Assembly: GCA_002478505.1 (NCBI GenBank)
Contig: DLOP01000022.1
Span: 28,919 to 67,546 of the forward strand
Length of the DNA stretch: 38,628 bases
Direction: 5' to 3'
Source of the DNA: Lachnospiraceae bacterium UBA7481
GTDB lineage: Bacteria > Bacillota > Clostridia > Lachnospirales > Lachnospiraceae
Shown: positions 8,616-15,906 of the stretch, in pieces
Numbering within the stretch: position 1 is the first letter of the stretch
Layout of the letters: each line of letters opens with the position of its first letter
Made by a program: the position numbers and the translations under genes
Notes under the pieces: generated by a model
Databases searched by the model: none
What the model saw: only the letters and a program-made list of their open reading frames with translations
Told to the model about the DNA's origin: nothing

Positions 8616-9243
8616 ACGTAAAACTGGTTTAGTTTTGTTTGTGTTGATATTTGTGCTTTCTGGATGTGGCAGTAAAGACAATAGCTATGTGGATAATTCG
8701 CCGTCATATGTAGCTGAACAGCCTAATATTAGTGATGAGAAAACAATAATCAGCAGAACAAGAAGCATTAGTGAGAATATGGACGATTATTTTGAAAAAG
8801 TAAATACAGAGTCAAAGTTAGAGATCAATGATATTCTGGACGGTGAAAAAGAGTTCTTGGTTTCCGATGAATGGGAGATGCGGATTGTATATATTTATTT
8901 GCTCTCGGATAAAGGATATGAAAAGTACATATTCTCCGTAAATTATTCAGAGCAGCAAAACGTAACAATTCATTTGCAAGACAATATAACAGAGATGTAT
9001 GTTTTGTGTCCAGAGTATACGAATGTGGAAGTATTAACAAAATCTGATTCATTGACAGCAAAGGAGTGTAGCTTATATGTGGTTGATGAAGAAGAAAATA
9101 CAGAAAAAGTGGGTGGTAATCTACGCTATCGGATATTTGATGTTGATGTTTCTGCAGGGGGAAATATCAAGTTTGTACTTTGTGATGCACTTGAATCGGA
9201 TGATTATGAGACATATGGAGGTTTTGTAATTCAATTTGAATGA
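8602..9243 (+). CDS. lipoprotein, possible protease inhibitor/immunity partner
   Basis: Lipobox LSGC; overlaps the protease stop by 14 nt. Confidence 0.75.
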   Translation: MTFIKRKTGLVLFVLIFVLSGCGSKDNSYVDNSPSYVAEQPNISDEKTIISRTRSISENMDDYFEKVNTESKLEINDILDGEKEFLVSDEWEMRIVYIYLLSDKGYEKYIFSVNYSEQQNVTIHLQDNITEMYVLCPEYTNVEVLTKSDSLTAKECSLYVVDEEENTEKVGGNLRYRIFDVDVSAGGNIKFVLCDALESDDYETYGGFVIQFE

Positions 9244-9310
9244 TTTAGAGGGGATAAAGACTGGCAAGTGTAATTAATATTCCTAATAAAGAAATATTTA
9301 AATATAAATA

Positions 9311-9350
9311 GATCAGACAACAGATTATATCTGGAGTCTGGTCTTTTTTT
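9311..9350 (+). terminator. probable intrinsic terminator
   Basis: GATCAGAC..CAGAT/ATCTG..GTCTGGTC imperfect stem followed by a T run. Confidence 0.5.
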
Positions 9351-9499
9351 CTTTTTATCTGACTATGCTTATGCAGGGATAAAGGGGTGGCAGAATCCCG
9401 TTTTGTCTCAATTTTGTACTTGCCTGCCGCATAGCGTCATAATATGCAGCCACAAATGATTTTGATTTACTAAGCATGCATTAAATAAAATCTAAAAAT

Positions 9500-9539
9500 C
9501 AATTGTAAAAAGATATATATTAAGATGTTATACTGCAAG
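9500..9539 (+). repeat. ~40-bp direct repeat copy 1 (contains TGnTATACT)
   Basis: CAATTGTAAAAAGATATATATTAAGATGTTATACTGCAAG; near-identical copy at 11530-11568. Confidence 0.75.
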
Positions 9540-9597
9540 AACGGAAAAGATGAATTATCCGTATATAATTAAAAGAGGTTAGGGAGGTGGATTGATT

Positions 9598-10407
9598 ATG
9601 AATGTATCTGGCGTTAGCAATATTTTGGATATGACTGCCACAAATCAGGGGAATCATACCCAGACAAAAGAAATTGCATGGGTAACTATGGAACTCAAGT
9701 TTCTGGAATTAGACCATTCGGTTGAACTTACGATATCCAAAGAGTCTAAGGAGCAGTATCGGAAAATGATACAAATGATACAACCTAATCAGATGGATAT
9801 CAAAGAGTTAAACATTACTAGAAACGGAACACTTTTGTCGCCGGGTTGGGGTCTTGAACCGACATTATCGAAATTATATACTTCGATGAATGGACCGGCT
9901 GCAGCCGAGGGGTTAAAGATTGAGAAGAAAGCGGAAAATCTCCTTGGGGCATATGCAAAGCTGTATGACGAGATCAGCCAAGGGTATGATAACGGCACAA
10001 AGGCGTTCTATGTCTACAAAAATGGGAAGCCGACCGAACTGACAAAGGAAGAAGCCCTTGCGGAACTGGACAGATCCTATGGAAAAATATCTGAGCGTAT
10101 GGAAGCAGAGGAAAAGGTCCGTCGGAGGGAGGCTGATTGGTATGATGATTCGGTTAAATGGCGGATGGAGATATTTGATGTGAAAGAAAGCAGGGGCAGG
10201 GATGCGACTGAGGAAAGAGATTTGCTCCGGGATTATGAACAGAAGAAACAACGCAATAAGGCATCTGATGATATTGAAATTAAAGGATTTAGTAAAAAGA
10301 TGTTAGATGTTATCAATGATTTTAAGGAGCAGTATGGAAAAAACGATATCTTTACAATATTATCAGGGATCGGGTTGTTTGAAAGATTAAAAGGTGACAG
10401 GGATTAA
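9598..10407 (+). CDS. hypothetical helical protein, tandem paralogue 1
   Basis: GGAGG RBS; long identical stretches with 10556-11359 (e.g. YAKLYDEISQGYDNGTKA). Confidence 0.8.
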   Translation: MNVSGVSNILDMTATNQGNHTQTKEIAWVTMELKFLELDHSVELTISKESKEQYRKMIQMIQPNQMDIKELNITRNGTLLSPGWGLEPTLSKLYTSMNGPAAAEGLKIEKKAENLLGAYAKLYDEISQGYDNGTKAFYVYKNGKPTELTKEEALAELDRSYGKISERMEAEEKVRRREADWYDDSVKWRMEIFDVKESRGRDATEERDLLRDYEQKKQRNKASDDIEIKGFSKKMLDVINDFKEQYGKNDIFTILSGIGLFERLKGDRD

Positions 10408-10446
10408 TATTTCATACCCAAAATAGTCATTTTATGCAATTCGGGT

Positions 10447-10473
10447 TAAGGAAACAGGCGTAACAGCCGATAA
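10447..10473 (+). promoter_or_regulatory. sigma28 (SigD/FliA) promoter
   Basis: TAAG-N15-GCCGATAA. Confidence 0.7.
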
Positions 10474-10555
10474 ATTATATAAAACTACATATTTTATATG
10501 CAGGTCAAGGATGGCAAAAGAATATTTTTATCAAGTTCAAGGAGGAGAATTGATC

Positions 10556-11359
10556 ATGAGTGTATCTGGCGTTAGCAATATTATGGGCAATCTTATCGAT
10601 ATGACTGCCACAAATCAGGGGAATCATACCCAGCCAAAAGAAATTGCAGGGGTAACTACGGAACTCAAGTTTCTGGAATTAGACAAGCCGGTAGAAATTA
10701 CGATATCCGATGAGGCTAAGGTGCAGTATCGGAAAATGGCACAATCTTATACGCAAGATTTCAGCGGGCAGCTAAAGGAGTTAGAACTCACCAGAAGCGG
10801 ACAACTTTTGACTGGTTTCGGCTTTGACCCGGCATTAAATGCTGCAGCCGGGAGAGGGGTAAAGATTGAGGAGAAAGCGGAAAATCTCCTTGGGACATAT
10901 GCGAAGCTGTATGACGAGATCAGCCAAGGGTATGATAACGGCACAAAGGCGTACTATGCCTACAAAAATCTGAAGCTGACCGAACTGACAAAGGAAGAAG
11001 CCCTTGCCGAACTGGACAGATCCTATGGAAAAATATCTGAGCGTATGGAAGCAGAAGAAAAGGTTCGTCGGAGAGAGGCTGATTGGTATGATAATTCGGT
11101 TAAATGGCAGATGGAGATATTTGATATAAAAGAAAGCAGGGGCAGAGATGTGGCTGCGGAAAGAGCAGATTTTCTCCGACAGGTTGAGCTTGATAAGAAA
11201 CGAATGAAAAATGAGTCTTCTGATATTGAAATTGAAGGATTTAGTAAAAAGATGTTAGATGTTACCAATGATTTTAAGGAGCAGTATGGTACAAAAGATA
11301 TCCATACAATATTATCAGAAGTAATATCAGAGATCGGGTTGTTTAAAAGATTAAAATAG
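10556..11359 (+). CDS. hypothetical helical protein, tandem paralogue 2
   Basis: GGAGGAG RBS at 10541; start aligned with paralogue 1 (MSVSGVSNI). Confidence 0.8.
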   Translation: MSVSGVSNIMGNLIDMTATNQGNHTQPKEIAGVTTELKFLELDKPVEITISDEAKVQYRKMAQSYTQDFSGQLKELELTRSGQLLTGFGFDPALNAAAGRGVKIEEKAENLLGTYAKLYDEISQGYDNGTKAYYAYKNLKLTELTKEEALAELDRSYGKISERMEAEEKVRRREADWYDNSVKWQMEIFDIKESRGRDVAAERADFLRQVELDKKRMKNESSDIEIEGFSKKMLDVTNDFKEQYGTKDIHTILSEVISEIGLFKRLK

Positions 11360-11392
11360 AATATTAATTCAAATTTTTTTCCACTGTTCCAA

Positions 11393-11525
11393 TCAGAACC
11401 ACCGGCTTAGCCGGTGGTTTGTTCTGGTTCTATTAGGGTCTGTTACCGGCACTGATATTTGATGGTATACTTTTTACATAGATTTGTACCCTTTCAGTTA
11501 TGATAGTTGCAGGTTTGAGAAAGCC
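11393..11525 (-). mobile_element. IS200/IS605-like remnant (end hairpin, no tnpA)
   Basis: Perfect hairpin AACCACCGGC-TTA-GCCGGTGGTT (11397-11419), preceded on the minus strand by GCCGGTAACAGACCC; recalled resemblance to clostridial IS200 ends. Confidence 0.5.
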
Positions 11526-11529
11526 AAAA

Positions 11530-11568
11530 CAATTGTAAAAAGATACGTATAAGATGTTATACTACAAG
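11530..11568 (+). repeat. ~40-bp direct repeat copy 2
   Basis: CAATTGTAAAAAGATACGTATAAGATGTTATACTACAAG. Confidence 0.75.
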
Positions 11569-11711
11569 TACATCTTTTTATTTGCTTGAAATGATGTTTA
11601 TATGGTAATATTTAGTTGCAAAGATAAAAACACAATGTTTGACTGTGAGCTGCGAACAATGTAAAGCAGAGAAACAGCGACAATGGCTTTTATTCGTGAG
11701 GGAAAAGGATT

Positions 11712-11987
11712 ATGACGGATTATATTGTTTATGGTATAGATGAATTAATGATTGATGGGCATCGGTGTAAAAAACTGGATCAGGGGATCTATGAGACTTG
11801 TGATTCTTATATAGTAACTAAAGATATATGGGAGAATGATAAGAGAAATAAAGGGCTGGTTCTGATCACGATTAGAGAGAACAGGACAGAAGACAGGGTT
11901 ATTTATGTAGTGACACAGGATTATCAATCCGGTATTAGAGAATTGCAAGATTCCATTGACGGCGATTCGATATACTGTATTGTATGA
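11712..11987 (+). CDS. hypothetical protein
   Basis: 91-aa ORF with purine-rich RBS; no recognisable motif. Confidence 0.55.
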   Translation: MTDYIVYGIDELMIDGHRCKKLDQGIYETCDSYIVTKDIWENDKRNKGLVLITIRENRTEDRVIYVVTQDYQSGIRELQDSIDGDSIYCIV

Positions 11988-12080
11988 ATGGGGTTAGGAA
12001 GGGTTTGTTAGTGTGAAATTTGAGCTGCCAAAGGCGTCATGGATAATTATTAGAATGATGGAAGTATGTGAGGTATATAT

Positions 12081-12821
12081 ATGGAAGATTCTACAAATAG
12101 GGAAGTCATAAATTTCCTTTTGCAAAGGTTCAAAATAGAAAGAAATAAATTTGACAGATCAGGTGTATATGCATATACACAGCGTCTGCTTGCTTACAAT
12201 TCAAATAAAATTGAAGGAAGTACGCTTACTGAGGAACAGACGGCATCTTTGTTTGATCATGGAACTTTGCCAAAATCAGATGATTATTATCGTGCGAAAG
12301 ATGTTGAGGAAATGAATGGTCATTTTTTGATGTATAATAAAATGCTGGATACGCTGGATGAACCATTGTCAGGAGAGTTAATAAAGAAGTTTCATTATGA
12401 GTTGAAATCAGGCGTTTTTAAAGATCGTGCTAATGGATACGCTATAGGTGAATATAAAAAGCGTCCGAATATGATCGGGATATATCAGACTGTAAAACCT
12501 GATGATGTAGAGCAGGAAATGAATTTACTGATGGATTGGTACATTCATCAGGATGTAAATATTTCTAAATTGGCTGAGTTTCACGCAAGATATGAGAGTA
12601 TTCACCCATTTCAGGATGGAAATGGCAGGACAGGCAGGTTGATCCTGTTTAGAGAATGTTTGAAGAATGAAATTGTGCCGATTATCATTGAGGATGCAAA
12701 TAGAAACGAATATCTGGATGCATTAAAGGAATATAGGGAAGAAAAAAGTTTGGATAAATTGACTGCGCTTTTTGAGAAAGAGCAGCAGTTTTACATGGAA
12801 AAATGTAAGTATTTTTTGTAA
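12081..12821 (+). CDS. Fic-family AMP transferase (class II)
   Basis: Intact HPFQDGNGRTGR; N-terminal inhibitory SNKIEG motif. Confidence 0.92.
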   Translation: MEDSTNREVINFLLQRFKIERNKFDRSGVYAYTQRLLAYNSNKIEGSTLTEEQTASLFDHGTLPKSDDYYRAKDVEEMNGHFLMYNKMLDTLDEPLSGELIKKFHYELKSGVFKDRANGYAIGEYKKRPNMIGIYQTVKPDDVEQEMNLLMDWYIHQDVNISKLAEFHARYESIHPFQDGNGRTGRLILFRECLKNEIVPIIIEDANRNEYLDALKEYREEKSLDKLTALFEKEQQFYMEKCKYFL

Positions 12822-12835
12822 AGGAGGGGTAATAG

Positions 12836-13009
12836 TTGCAGGCAAAACAGGCGGTCAGAGAGCAAAGGATTCCATTTGAGGTTTCTATGAATATACCTAA
12901 TGAAGAAACTAGAGAAGCGGTAGAAGAAGTAAGGAAAATGAAACAGGATTCTTCTATCGGAAAATCTTATACAGATGTTGATGAAATGATGAAGGAGTTG
13001 CTAGCGTGA
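12836..13009 (+). pseudogene. dinJ: N-terminally truncated RelB/DinJ antitoxin
   Basis: (TTG)QAKQAVREQRIPFEVSMNIPNEETREAVEEV..KSYTDVDEMMKELLA*; AAGGAGG RBS; most of the RHH N-terminus is missing. Confidence 0.75.
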
Positions 13010-13036
13010 ACAGGCTCACATAGCGATTTGTTTTAA
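13010..13036 (+). pseudogene. yafQ: YafQ toxin C-terminal remnant
   Basis: ACAGGCTCACATAGCGATTTGTTTTAA = TGSHSDLF*, the YafQ terminal motif, directly after dinJ. Confidence 0.7.
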
Positions 13037-13038
13037 GT

Positions 13039-13083
13039 AAAAAAAATAAGCCTATGTATCTTTTGGCTAAATACATGGACTTA
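13039..13083 (-). terminator. terminator downstream of tRNA-Thr
   Basis: TAAGCCTATGTAT/ATACATGGACTTA imperfect stem with a T run on the minus strand. Confidence 0.5.
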
Positions 13084-13100
13084 TTTAGGGGGATTTTCAG

Positions 13101-13173
13101 AGCTGCTGACGGGAATCGGACCCGTGACCTCCGCACTACCAATGCGACGCACTACCGACTGTGCTACAGCAGC
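13101..13173 (-). tRNA. tRNA-Thr(GGT)
   Basis: Minus strand GCTGCTGTAGCACAGTCGGTAGTGCGTCGCATTGGTAGTGCGGAGGTCACGGGTCCGATTCCCGTCAGCAGCT forms a cloverleaf; anticodon GGT; no encoded CCA. Confidence 0.95.
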
Positions 13174-13272
13174 GTCGGAAACATTTTTCAATGTCCACGG
13201 ATAATCTTATCAAATGTTATTTGCTATGTCAAGCAAACTTTTGAACCAGTAAAAGACAGGAGGATAAAAAAT

Positions 13273-13737
13273 ATGTTATGCCCGGTATGCGCAACAGAGA
13301 TGAATAACAGCCCCAAATGCCCATTTTGCGGGCATGTGTGTTCGCCCGATGAAGATAATACGGTGACGTTAAATGGTGAAGTGATTAGTACGGGACACCG
13401 TAATCATTGGTGCCAGACTACGGATGATAAGCATCTGGCGGGGAAAATGGTAGACGGCACACACTATCATCCGCAGGATATATCTATTAATGGTGATCTC
13501 ATTCCGTATAATCCTAATCAGGGAATTCCCGATCAGGAGATTACCTACACATGGTCACCCATATCCGGTATGCAGATGCATCTGCCAGGGGCTGAGGGAG
13601 AGGCCGGGCGGCGGAAGGAATATAAAGCTGCCAGATGGGTTTTGCTCATTTTTCTTATGATTGGGTGGGGACTGCCTTTTCTTGTCTTTATTATCGGGCT
13701 TATTATCAGTGTTGTCGGTAGTATGATTGCCGGTTAA
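13273..13737 (+). CDS. zinc-ribbon protein with C-terminal transmembrane segment
   Basis: MLCPVC..KCPFCG; AGGAGG RBS at 13258; hydrophobic C-terminus. Confidence 0.75.
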   Translation: MLCPVCATEMNNSPKCPFCGHVCSPDEDNTVTLNGEVISTGHRNHWCQTTDDKHLAGKMVDGTHYHPQDISINGDLIPYNPNQGIPDQEITYTWSPISGMQMHLPGAEGEAGRRKEYKAARWVLLIFLMIGWGLPFLVFIIGLIISVVGSMIAG

Positions 13738-13762
13738 CGGCGCCGTATATTTCTTTTCTGAT

Positions 13763-13791
13763 GTATAAAACATTTTCTGACGTTTATACTA
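13763..13791 (+). promoter_or_regulatory. possible SigG/SigF-type forespore promoter
   Basis: GTATA-N17-TATACTA upstream of the ferritin-like gene. Confidence 0.35.
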
Positions 13792-13868
13792 GAGAAAGGG
13801 AAGGAAAAAATATCCATAAGTGAAGGATATCTTCCGTTTTCCCTAATAACAGGAAATGAGGTAGAAAC

Positions 13869-14327
13869 ATGGCATTAAGTCAGAAAGAGATGGATGTGAT
13901 CAAAGACCTTCAGACACAGGAGCAGTGCTGTATCGAGAAGTACAAAAGATATGAAAAGGAAGCGAAAGATCCGGTGCTTAAGGGGCTGTTTGGTACATTG
14001 GCACAGAAGGAGCAGCAGCATTATGATTCTTTGGTGCAGGTAGCTTCCGGTAAGACACCTTCCTGTAACTGCAACGATCAGGACGGCAAGAATTATTCTC
14101 CGGTGGCAACGTACGATACCATGAGCGAATCGGCGGATAAAAAGAACGACGCTTTTTTGGCAACCGACTGTATCGGTACGGAAAAAATGGTTTCCTCCGA
14201 GTATAATACCAATGTATTCTCCTTTGCAGAAAGCGCAGTCCGTAAGCTTCTGGGCGATATCCAGATCGAGGAGCAGAATCATGCGGAGATGCTTTACAAA
14301 TATAAGACAGTAAATGGAATGGCGTAA
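13869..14327 (+). CDS. ferritin-like (spore coat/rubrerythrin-like) protein
   Basis: Two E..KY/EY...EExxH-type halves (KEQQH, EEQNH). Confidence 0.8.
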   Translation: MALSQKEMDVIKDLQTQEQCCIEKYKRYEKEAKDPVLKGLFGTLAQKEQQHYDSLVQVASGKTPSCNCNDQDGKNYSPVATYDTMSESADKKNDAFLATDCIGTEKMVSSEYNTNVFSFAESAVRKLLGDIQIEEQNHAEMLYKYKTVNGMA

Positions 14328-14346
14328 AAAAATAAGTGATTTTGTT

Positions 14347-14382
14347 AAAAGGCAGTACCTGTAGTTCAGGGACTGCTTTTTT
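14347..14382 (+). terminator. intrinsic terminator
   Basis: AAAAGGCAGTACCTG-tagtt-CAGGGACTGCTTTTTT. Confidence 0.7.
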
Positions 14383-14530
14383 GCCGTTGACAAATTCGCC
14401 TATGTAAGAAAATTCTAAAATCCGGAATACATTTTCCTTGCGGCAGATAGCCGAATCACTTATAATAAGTTCCATAAGGACAAATATGCATTGGGGAATA
14501 GATATTAAGATAGATTCAGGAGAGGAACAG

Positions 14531-15613
14531 ATGTTTCAGATAAAAGGGAAAAAAATTCTGCAGCAGGCTGGCAGGAGGCTGTTCTGCCTGCTGGTCTGCG
14601 CGGCGCTGCTTGCCGCTTTGAGTGGATGCAGGGACGATACGGAGTTTGTGCTTACTACGGGATTCTATGAAAATGAGGTATTCCGTATCGAGAGGATGAG
14701 CTGTTACACGCCGGAGGTCATGATCTATCTGAACAATATCAGGAATCAGTATGCAGATGTTTTTGGAGAGGAGATCTTTGCCCAGAGCATCGACGGACTT
14801 CCGATTGAGGAGAGCATTAAGCAGACTGTCTTGGCAAGGATTGCAAAGATCAAAATGATGAATCTGATGGCGGAATATTATGAGATTACATTGGATGAGC
14901 GGGAACAGGAGCTGGTTGAAAACGCTGCGGCGGAATATTATCAGTCATTAAGCGCTGATGAGATAGCTGCCATGGATGGGGCGACGCAGGAAACGGTGCG
15001 GCAGCTTTATGAAGAATATGCTCTTGCCAATAAGGTGTATCAGAGTCTTGTGCAGGATGTGGACCGGGAGATCAGTGATGATGAAGCGCGGACGGTGACA
15101 GTGCGGCAGATATTCCTCACGACCACATACGATAGGGGCAATGGAGAACGCGTTGCTGTTTCAACGGCGGAGCGGGAGGCGGTCTACCGGCAGGCGGAGA
15201 GCATTTGTGAGCGGATTGCGGCAGGAGAGGATTTTAATGCATTGGCATCGGAATATAGCGACGCAGAGGAAGTGGAGGCATATTACCGCAAAGGGGAGCA
15301 TGAAGAAGCTTTGACGGAGGCGGTCTTTAACCTTGCAGAGAACGAAGTCAGCGGTATCGTGGAAGGAGATCAGGGATATTATATCTTCTGGTGCATCAGT
15401 ACCTATGATATGGAGCAGACGGAGGCAGCCAAACGTGAAATTTTAAAAGAGCGGCAGCAGGAGATGTTTGGACAGATCTACACGATGTTTATAGGAGACA
15501 AGAAGTGTTATTTAAATGAAGAATTATGGAACACTGTCAGCTTCACAGAGCAGGCATCCGGCGCAACCTCCAATTTCTTTGACATTTATGCGAAATATTT
15601 TTCTGCTAATTAA
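14531..15613 (+). CDS. parvulin-type peptidyl-prolyl isomerase lipoprotein (PrsA/SurA-like)
   Basis: Lipobox LSGC; GEDFNALASEYSD and VSGIVEGDQGYYI rotamase motifs. Confidence 0.85.
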   Translation: MFQIKGKKILQQAGRRLFCLLVCAALLAALSGCRDDTEFVLTTGFYENEVFRIERMSCYTPEVMIYLNNIRNQYADVFGEEIFAQSIDGLPIEESIKQTVLARIAKIKMMNLMAEYYEITLDEREQELVENAAAEYYQSLSADEIAAMDGATQETVRQLYEEYALANKVYQSLVQDVDREISDDEARTVTVRQIFLTTTYDRGNGERVAVSTAEREAVYRQAESICERIAAGEDFNALASEYSDAEEVEAYYRKGEHEEALTEAVFNLAENEVSGIVEGDQGYYIFWCISTYDMEQTEAAKREILKERQQEMFGQIYTMFIGDKKCYLNEELWNTVSFTEQASGATSNFFDIYAKYFSAN

Positions 15614-15622
15614 GTGTATAAG

Positions 15623-15682
15623 CTGGTACATAAACTGGCATATTAACTGTTACATTATCTGGTACATTATCTGGCACATGAG
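15623..15682 (+). repeat. 5 x 12-bp degenerate tandem repeat
   Basis: CTGGTACATAAA CTGGCATATTAA CTGTTACATTAT CTGGTACATTAT CTGGCACATGAG. Confidence 0.85.
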
Positions 15683-15780
15683 GTTTACATAACCTGCAGT
15701 TTTATAATTCAAGTTCCAAAAATGATTTCATTTATGATGTTTTTGGAACTTGAATTATAAAACAAAGAGTTATGTAAACC
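15682..15780. repeat. 99-bp palindromic element, copy A
   Basis: GGTTTACATAA..24-bp inner stem..TTATGTAAACC; core 15713-15749 is identical to the reverse complement of 33414-33450. Confidence 0.9.
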
Positions 15781-15795
15781 GTATAAAACAAATTA

Positions 15796-15822
15796 CTAGC
15801 ACTCATTCAAAATGAGTGCTAA
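15796..15822 (+). promoter_or_regulatory. CIRCE operator (HrcA)
   Basis: CTAGCACTC-N9-GAGTGCTAA. Confidence 0.92.
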
Positions 15823-15829
15823 TTTTTTC

Positions 15830-15858
15830 TTGACATTTACTGCTGGCAGTATTAAACT
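15830..15858 (+). promoter_or_regulatory. sigmaA promoter of htpG
   Basis: TTGACA-N17-TAAACT. Confidence 0.75.
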
Positions 15859-15906
15859 ATATTTTATGTAAGATAAAATATTTCAGAAGGAAGGACGTGA
15901 CGTAAG

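Noticed and set aside
4173-9399. TTCTGCCA (4178) / TGGCAGAA (9388) as terminal inverted repeats around the agr-protease module
   Set aside because: Only 8 bp match, no target duplication or transposase; could be chance.
9536-9567. sigma28 promoter for paralogue 1
   Set aside because: TCCGTATA is a poor -10 and no properly spaced -35 is present.
11620-11705. Possible riboswitch/ncRNA upstream of the 91-aa ORF
   Set aside because: No consensus motif or convincing stem pattern.
13054-13272. N-terminal extension of the 227-aa ORF and the antisense ORF 12954-13142
   Set aside because: Both overlap tRNA-Thr; a strong RBS supports the 13273 start.
15623-15780. Possible CRISPR array
   Set aside because: Units are 12 bp with no spacers; the 37-bp core occurs singly, ~17.7 kb apart; no cas genes.
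15682-15780. Bona fide integron attC cassette array
   Set aside because: Flanked by core genes, no integrase, and no extrahelical bases in the stem; only an architectural resemblance.
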